In this document: piece after piece, positions 15,301-24,300 of the stretch
Numbering within the stretch: the first letter of the stretch is position 1
Layout of the letters: each line of letters opens with the position of its first letter
Assembly (NCBI GenBank): GCA_002633005.1
Contig: NMRA01000121.1
Span: forward strand, 470,434 to 534,433
Direction of reading: 5' to 3'
Source: Phoronis australis
Taxonomy: Eukaryota; Animalia; Phoronida
Length of the DNA: 64,000 nt
Position numbers and translations under genes: made by a program
Notes under the pieces: model-generated
Database searches by the model: none
Seen by the model: only the letters and a program-made list of their open reading frames with translations
What the model was told of the DNA's origin: nothing

Positions 15301-18300
15301 ACGACGGTCGCCGGAATTTGGTCATATTTACTTTTCATGTTTCGAAACTAGTTTTCCGAAAAAAACTTACACCCTTTTGTCAGATAACTCTTTGGTGCAT
15401 TGACATGTTCTCTAATGTAATTTTCTACGTCTTTGTCATTAATTATCGAGACACTTTTAAGATTTGATATCCAGGTTGGACTCGAAAGACCGGTCATTGA
15501 ACTCACGCAACGTCAACGTCCGCGCTTTTTATCGCAGTGAGTCTCGCTTCAGGTTTTAATGTCCGCCGCGTGAATTAGGTCTATGGGCTGCTACCGAACT
15601 ATACGTCACAATACTATGAATGTTATACTCTACATCCTTTAATGACCATGTCACTGTGTCTCAAAAAGAATTTTGATACATCTTAAGAGATTATAGCCTT
15701 TACTATACCTGTTGCTATACGTAACAAGCCAAAAAAAAATTAGATTTATTTTTCTCTTATCGGGTTGTACGTATTGGGTAGAAGACCGTCTCCGCCATTG
15801 TTGTTTTACCGGTGCGATACTCAGGAATTGTGAGGAAAGTCCGCGAAGTGCAACTTTTTTCAGACATGAAAAGGTGCATTTGTGGAGGCTGTAGTAACAG
15901 CAACGTGACCGAGAACGTCTGTGTGTTCAAATATCCTAAAGACGTGAAAGTTGCATAGAAATGGCAACAGTTTGGGCACCGTACGAGAGTGTGGAATGCC
16001 ATTGTGAAACATTGTTCGGCACATTTCACGCAATTGTGTTTCGACCAAATACAATAGTGGCGTTATGATGAAGAACTCGCCACCTTGTAAGTTGAACTCA
16101 GACGATTTTGATCTATTTGCATCTGGTTCTGCGTGGTTGTTATAATGTAACCGTGTACTGTATGAACACCCCGGCTTTACGAGAACTATTAATGGAGCTC
16201 AAGTGATTCACCCAACATCTTGTCAGGCGTATTAGATTTATGGCGGGTATTTCACTAGAAATTCGATGTGGTATCACTCGCTTTGGAGTCAAACAATGCG
16301 ATGTTTTTCTATGAGAGAACATGAACGGACTAAATCTGGCAGAGCTTACGTCTGCGGGCAGAAGACTACATGTAAACTAGCATTTTAATACCAACGGTAG
16401 AAAGAAATTCCCTCCTTACATTCGGCCAGGTTCACGATTTCTGTTTTGTTATTCTCAAAACGTTCACAACATGGTGGTCTCCTATCATAACGTCAAAAGT
16501 GTAGGTTTCATGTCGCCGATTTCACGGGAAGAACACGAGATCTACAATTCCGGAAGACGATGTGATTCTCCGTGCAAATGTCGTTGATTATTATTTATGC
16601 CGTTTATATCGAGGTACATAAAAGTTCAGTTTGGCGTAGGCAAATACAAATCAGAGACAAATACGGTAATTCTTCGGTTAGGCCTAATTAGCACACAATA
16701 TGGCCGACAAGTGAAATCTATTTTGGAAATTTCTTCCCAAAAATAAAGATTAAGAAAAATTTAGCCTTTTACTAGCATTTTTTGTACTGCGTAGATCTCA
16801 AAAACAACTTTTGGTGAATCTCCTATTTTTGCAGCCATTGAAAGTGGAAAATGAAAAGTTTGGCAAATAATTTTGTGCGAAATAAGTGAAGAATTGCCGT
16901 ATCTCATATGCACTGACATCATCGTTGTCGCCACTCTTTGCTGTTGACCTAGGATTCTTAATGTTATACATGTACACATGGGATGCAGTTTACCTGGGGC
17001 GTCTGACACGCTTTCTTTGTAATCTGAAGAAATGGCCAAGCTCTTCGCCTTTTCATCGTTAGCATAACTGAAGCCCAGCTGATCGCCGTTTCCACTGAAG
17101 CCCATCCCGATTGTGTCGGATATATTCAAACCCTTCTCTTTCGATCTGGAAAAACACCAAGCCCAAGCGTAAAAATACAAGTAGTCATACTGTACAGGAC
17201 AATCATTTCAACTAGTTTACAAGCACTGGACAAAACGTGCAGAACAATTTAAAATTTGGATGAGTCAGAGGAAAACAAATTGATAGTTTACATTATTGAT
17301 TCTTTGACCATATCGGGCATTTACCTAGCTAGAATTTCTGTGGAGCCTAACGACCCCGCACCCAAGATGACTATATCAGCCCTTACGACTTGCTCGTCTT
17401 TATAATCTTCGTCGCCATGACAGCGTCTGTATGTCACTTGCCAGCTTCCGTCCTCGGGAACGTCTTGAACGTGTGCCACTTTAACCTGGTAAATGATGAA
17501 ATTTTGGCAAGTATACAAGGTCTCTCGTTTTAACATTTGAACTGGGAGCATAAAGCAGTTCATAAGTATATCTGCATTTGCGGCGTCAGGGTTTCAACAA
17601 CAAGGAATTTTTTGTACCCGCCCGCGTTTCGTAGGCGTCATTGTGTCTCGCTGGTTCCCTGCTGCTTAGGCCAGCCAGCACGCAGGTATCAAGCAGTGGC
17701 ACGCGCTTTAGCATTGGTCGATGTAACCTCGGCAGTCATTGGTTAGCTTTGCAACACCGTGAAAAGATGGCGGCCTGTGAACGATTTTTAGCCTTGTCAT
17801 GCAAGTGGCGTCATCGCAGCAACTATTTCGTTTCTGCAGTGATGTTTAATAGCCGCGTGCTTGAAGCTCATACATGTGTAATACACTCATCTGGCCGATT
17901 TAACCGGTGTGTTATTCATACAGGACACTACCATAAACAAAAGTCATCGACAGTAGAAAGATACATTCCGAAAAGGCGCAATCACAATTCCTAGGATTCA
18001 CATTTCCTGAACATAAATTTTACGCACCAATTTGTCTGTACAACAGACCACATTACACTTCAGTCCATCAGTCATGCCAGTTTGTTTGCGTAAAGCGCTG
18101 CCTGTTGAGAATTCGACTAGCCAATCAGAAACGCCGGTGTAAAAAAATTCCCGAGGAAAATTAAGGGAACCAGCGAGCCATTGTGTTCCCCTGGTTTCAG
18201 AAGCGCCACCTATTCAAATTCGAGTTCCCATTGTTTCACTCTTCTCACTTACGATTTGAAGTATGGTATACTCCTTACGAAAGCATTCTTGTATAAATGA

Positions 18301-21300
18301 ATAACTTGTGACACATCAGTATGGCTTCGCAAAATGTGAAGAGACTAAAAACACGAAGCAGAGTGAAACATATCGACGTAAATGCTCGTATCTGAACCGA
18401 TACTGAACCTGGCAGATGCATTGGTAACAGTTCGTTTTCACTGAAAATAAAATAAAATATAGTAATCCACTAGTAGTTTTAAATTTATGGAATTAAGGAA
18501 TATTTGGAGCTGTGCTAATCTTAGTTAAAGCCGCTACAAACGATGCTCTGGAGATATACATTTGCTGTCCTCATATGTTGTTTTTTACTTTTCTAAAGCA
18601 ACGACATTACATTCTATTTGTTTGAATTTTAATCGAAGTCTGAAGCAGTAACGACCTGATACTTCATCTGAGGCCTAGAAATCATTTCTTGTCTGAGCAC
18701 GGTACAAGATGAGGCCAATTTTATAGCAGCAAGAGGTATAAGAACATGTAGTAGCTAGTAAGTGGCATAAAGCAAAAACTGTTATTGACAGGAGATGCAG
18801 GTATATTAACTTGTGAAAGGAATAGGAAATCGAGCCAAAACGAAATTCCAAGTCTACAATAAGGATAGTTAACGATCTACATCACTGACGGATAAACAAT
18901 ATAGAAAAGGGGGTAACCACTACTTCCTCAGAAAAAATTTCCGGGCGAACCTAAAAACGGCATGCTTTTTGTTTTGATCGTTTCCGTAAGTGTCATGACC
19001 CCGGTGTCTCCAATGCCGCCTATTTACATATTTTTACACGTGATAGCCGTTTCCATCTCTATAACTACCTGAGTGAATATATCTGCTCCATGATACTTTG
19101 CGTCGGGGAGATAGTTCCTGTCAAGTGTATTCTTCGCACCTGTGTTGCACCCTGTCACGCAGTTACCACAGCCGTTACAGGCCGGTTGGGGCACGCCCAC
19201 GTGGTTTGACACTCGACTTCTTGAATCGGTAGTAACTACAATGGGCGTTTTGTAGTGTAATTCCGAAAGTGGTTTATTCTTTGCATTTACAAAGAAATCT
19301 CCGAGATCTTCGATATCTTTTACATTGCTTCTTTCGATGAATTGGGCAACTTCACTCAACTGTTGTGATTTCGCAGTGTCTATCGGGTAAACATTTGGTC
19401 GTAACATTGTCTTCGCTATCTCCATGTCAGCTTTAAAGCCGTCAAAATCGTCCCTAAAATCTTGAGGCCATTCCTGGTCTTGAAAAACCCTCTCGTCAGC
19501 TTCAATGCAGACGTTGGCATTAATGAGCGATGTTCCTCCAAGTCCACACCCTTTTACAACCGTCACGTCCTCGCTCACAACGAATTCGTATAAACCTAGG
19601 ATAAGATTTTGATTTTATTAAATTTATGTCATGAAATTTTTAGCCACAATTAACGTTTCTCAGTTTGGGGTGACTCCTTTCTGCTGACAGGTCGTGGAGA
19701 CAAATTAATTAGAAGTGGATATATGGACAGGATGAAGGTCTGTACCACAAATGGAAAAAAGTCGCTTCATTCATGCTCAGAATTTTAATAGTTATGCAGT
19801 GTATGTATTTACTTTCGGACAAAACGTAATGAAAAACACATGAATAAACTTACTTTTGAATAATTTACTTGAATAAAAATTAACGTCGATTTTGCAATAA
19901 CAATACACAGGACTAAAATGGTGGTAAATTTATGTAACGTTGACTTCCGGTTGCGGGAAAACTTGGATTTCGAAAATTTATTTTTTAATTGATATCAAGC
20001 TATCTGAATAGTCTTTCACTCTTATGTTCAACAATCCCAGAATGTTACTTTAAAGCGGTCCTTACTCAGAATAAAGTGATTTGTTATCATGAAAAGAACT
20101 GATAATTCGGTAAAGTTATTTGAAATCGCATTCGTAGCCAAAATTACTTAACAAGGGGCCAAAACGCCAAACTGTCGGCGATCCCCTACAATCTGAGCAA
20201 GCATCAAGCTGACACCAATTTTATAGCTGATAGCGAGCTTAGAGCAGCCGTAAGCGATTCATATTTTATGCCTGCTAGCTTGACAATCTAAATGCTACAA
20301 GTATCAACAGAACTAACATGAGTCATTTCGCTGATCGTCTACTTTCATACTTCTGCCCCGGCTGTCACACCAAACTTAGTGTGTTTTCCGTAGACGCGGG
20401 AACTTCGCGAAAGCGCAAAATCACTCAAGACTTTACGAGACATCGCCATATGTCGCAAGCGAAGCTCGTGATCAGAGTGGCTTCTTTCGCTAGGTTCTTA
20501 CATCTACGGAACCCAGTCCCGTTCTCAGACCGATTGCTTAACGCTTAATTGGATCACAATTAGGTTTTTTTATCTCGTTTATGGCGTGACAGGGCTCAAA
20601 GTACCGAAAGCACCAACCTAGGTCATTTCCAGAGACTGTGTGCCCGTCAACTTTCACTTGCATTTCACGGGAAGCATCCAAAAACGTCTCCGGAAAGTTT
20701 CCTGGCAACCATTCTTTCCCCCGCTCCAGAACGCAGACAGATTTTCCGGCGCGTGCGGCACGTGAGGCAGCAATTGAGCCACCGTATCCTGAACCCACGA
20801 CAACCACATCGTAGAAGCTTCCAATGACTGTTGCATCAGTCTCTGATATCCGGGGCACTTCGGGCGTCTGTAAAACAGGTAATTTAATTATTTCACCACG
20901 TCTCAGAACATGGCATTTACCATATAAGTTAAAGCAATATACATGTATATGTAACAATCCGCTGGGCTACCTACAGAACGTGATTCTGTTTACTTCAGTG
21001 AGGCCATGGTTATGTCCACCAACTCCTGAAATTTTCCTGCCAAAATGTAACATGGCCTTGGAAAAGACAATGGCAAATTATTTGCTGATCTTAGTGAGCG
21101 ATTTAGATGATGAATTGAGACGAGGTTGGAAAGCAACTGGAGAGAAGTGGTATGGATGCGCGATAAACAAGCGGAGTAGTAGTTAAACTTAATGAGTTCC
21201 TTGGCAAGAGTGGATGTTGTTGCAAACTGACAATGCGTGCCGGTGTTTACAACCCTCTGTAAAATACTTAGCTGTGAGAAAGCAGTAACGTAAAGAAGGG

Positions 21301-24300
21301 AATTAAATTAGACCAGGCGATAAGTGCAAGGACACATGCATTCACTGTTACGAGCTTCTCACTGGCGCCAATACTAATGTGGTGATAGCAGGTAGTCTTG
21401 AAAATACAGCTGGCATTGTCAACCATTGACATTGTGATGTTGATGATGAGCCCAAGATCAGGCTCCCGTTCAGTAACGCTAGGACCTCGCTAAAAAGCAA
21501 GACTTAGCGAGATTACGTGAGATATTGCCGTGTATTTCAAACGAGAACACGTGACTTTGACTAGGTTTTAGCTAGGTCCTAGCGTAGGTCCTAGGGTCTA
21601 TTGAACGCACGCCAGGAGTCGACAACTCATGGGCAATCATAGCGCCCTGAATTTGATTGGATGTAGAAGGATATCGATTTATGTAATAGGGTGAGGAAAC
21701 GAACAATATTTCAGTCTTGAACTCGTTTCCAGCATCTAGTTTTTGTAAAGGAAATAGTAGTTTCTACCCTTCCCTGTTATGCAGGGGTTTCTCATTTTGT
21801 ACACAATGCAACCAATGTTATGGGCTAATCACAGTATATTTCAAAGCTACACAATAGATGTTTGCCCATTTTTATCTAACACAAAACCCTTATCTTCAAA
21901 TTTCGTATTGGTATTCGGAATATATTAATTTAAATGTCACTGCTTCCTGATTTTTTCATTGAGGAACGTAATTGGATCAAACGGCACAAAAGAGCCAATT
22001 AATATATAAATTTCGGGTGAATGTCTGACTAAATTCTTCACAGGAACTATGAGGGATCCATACTCTAAAATCTGTGACTTTATAGGGTTGTGAGTTTTTA
22101 TTGTACAAAGATAAAACCCGGGGTGGTTCGTAGAGAAAAATACTTGGGTTCAGTATGATCTATTAAATGCTTCTGATGTGATAGTATAAAGATATAACAT
22201 ACAGCATGCAAGTGAACCTATTCGACCAATCAGAATGCGCGCCAAATAGAAAACTAACCAATGGGGAAGATTAGCTTGGGCTGGGATGATTTGTAAATAT
22301 ATGTCAAGAGGTAGCAATAATAACTTTAAACTGAACATGTACAGGAAATACCTAAGCTAAATTAACCATGAAAACCTGTCACAAACACATTCAATAAGGG
22401 TAGCAATCTTTTGAATTATTCAAATTATTTCCCTGCTGGTTTAATTAGTCACTTATCTAACCTCTCTGGTTCTTTTCCTTTTTCGTGCTACTATTACACC
22501 CTAACTTCATTGACATTACACTTAATTAGTTGACTAATTAATTAATTGATTAATCAGCCAATTAGCTCATGAAGGATTTCATTATTACACAGAGTTAATA
22601 TTTATGAAGTAAATTATTGACCTTTTGGTTCTAGTACCGTACATTTATTCACCATCAAGAATTTATGAAAAGCTTTTTAATGATATCACTCTTATGCAAT
22701 AATCGGTTGAAAAACAGCGGAGTTGCTAAAAGTTTTGGCGGTAGTAAAGAAGGTGACACTTTTCCCAGTGACCTATACTTATTATTATTATTTGTCCTAG
22801 GCACGTGATTTTGGTATCGTACTGGAGCTCGGGTGGTACTTAATCGTGTGGATATATTTAAAGGAAGTGGTAAGCTATCGAAGTTATTGTTATACGTACA
22901 GATGGCTTTACCTTACACCTAGCAGTTAGGCAGTGGTAGTACCCAAGGCCGTGTTTCCGAATCGCATATGGCCCCTTGTTTGACAGTGTTTGGTGCCATT
23001 AGACCGCATTAGCCCGGTCTCCAATCTTTTTACTCGAAATAGAACTCGAAATTAGGTTTGGCATTTTCTACTCTACTTTTGGGCGAACTCGAGATAAGTG
23101 TCTATTATTCTATGCTCGAGCACACAATAACTTACGTAGATAATTTATTGCCCTTAGTTCACAGTTTGTAGACCCAATATTAAAGCAATAAGTTCGAGTT
23201 TGAACTCGAAATTTCGAGTTTTTACTCGAGTTCGTGGCACGAATATAAGGGTCTTCAAGGGCAAACTTGAACTAGAAACTCCTATGCATAAACTATAATG
23301 TATTCGAGCACAGTATGATAACCAATTATCTTAAGTTCGCACAAAAGGAGCAGAGAAATTGCCAAAAGTAGTTACGAGTTCGTTTCGAGTACAAAGATTA
23401 GAGACCGGACCCAGAACTACAGTTCTATGGTTAAAGGCGATGAAGTGCCCACAGGGCATTTTTGAACTCTTAATTTTAGGGGTGGCTAATTCCAATAAAT
23501 TATGAAGTGACGTTTCTTGAGTCGGTGATGGTTTCGATGTTCTTGATGGTAATAGACTTAGACCCTTATCAAGGTATTTTTTACAGTAGAGCAAAATGGC
23601 TAATTCTATTTTCGTTTTCAATGAACTAAATAGGATGAAATGCAGTTTTAAAAATACATGTACACACCCAACCTCCCCACCCCCCGTCTTTGCAGTTATA
23701 AAATGAAAGCATTGCGTAAAGCTAGTTTGGATTAGGAAAACATTGATTCTCCTATCAAAAAATAAGCCAATAAATGTTCACAACTTGAATATACATTCAT
23801 GTAAACCTGCCCACAAAACATAAGGTTTCGAATTGGTCTTGATTTTTACGTGTTTAAGATTGCATTCTAATTTGTTTTTGATATAAAATTATCTCCCACC
23901 TAAAATATCTGCCGTCTCATCCATACACGCAAATTACTAGATGAAACATAAGTAACCTACTCAAGTGTTCACATTGGTGCAATTGCTTAATTCTAACATA
24001 AGCTTGTCTACGGACTGAAAAGGTAATCATATGCACCAACACGAGAACGTAGAATTCAACAGCCATTGGTGTGTTATATTTTGCTCCCTACAGAACTATG
24101 TAGTGTTATCTGTACACTTATGGTTTTGTCTTTCCATAAACATGACCGAACCCAGCCTGGGGGGAAGGGGGCGCAGGGGGCTCGAATGAGCCACCCTATT
24201 TGGCGAAGTGGGCAAACAGGTCTGCCCCAGAGGAACAAAAACTACGAAAAAGTAGGAAACGAGACAAAAGTCTAATAAAAAGGCAGGAGCTACCATAATT

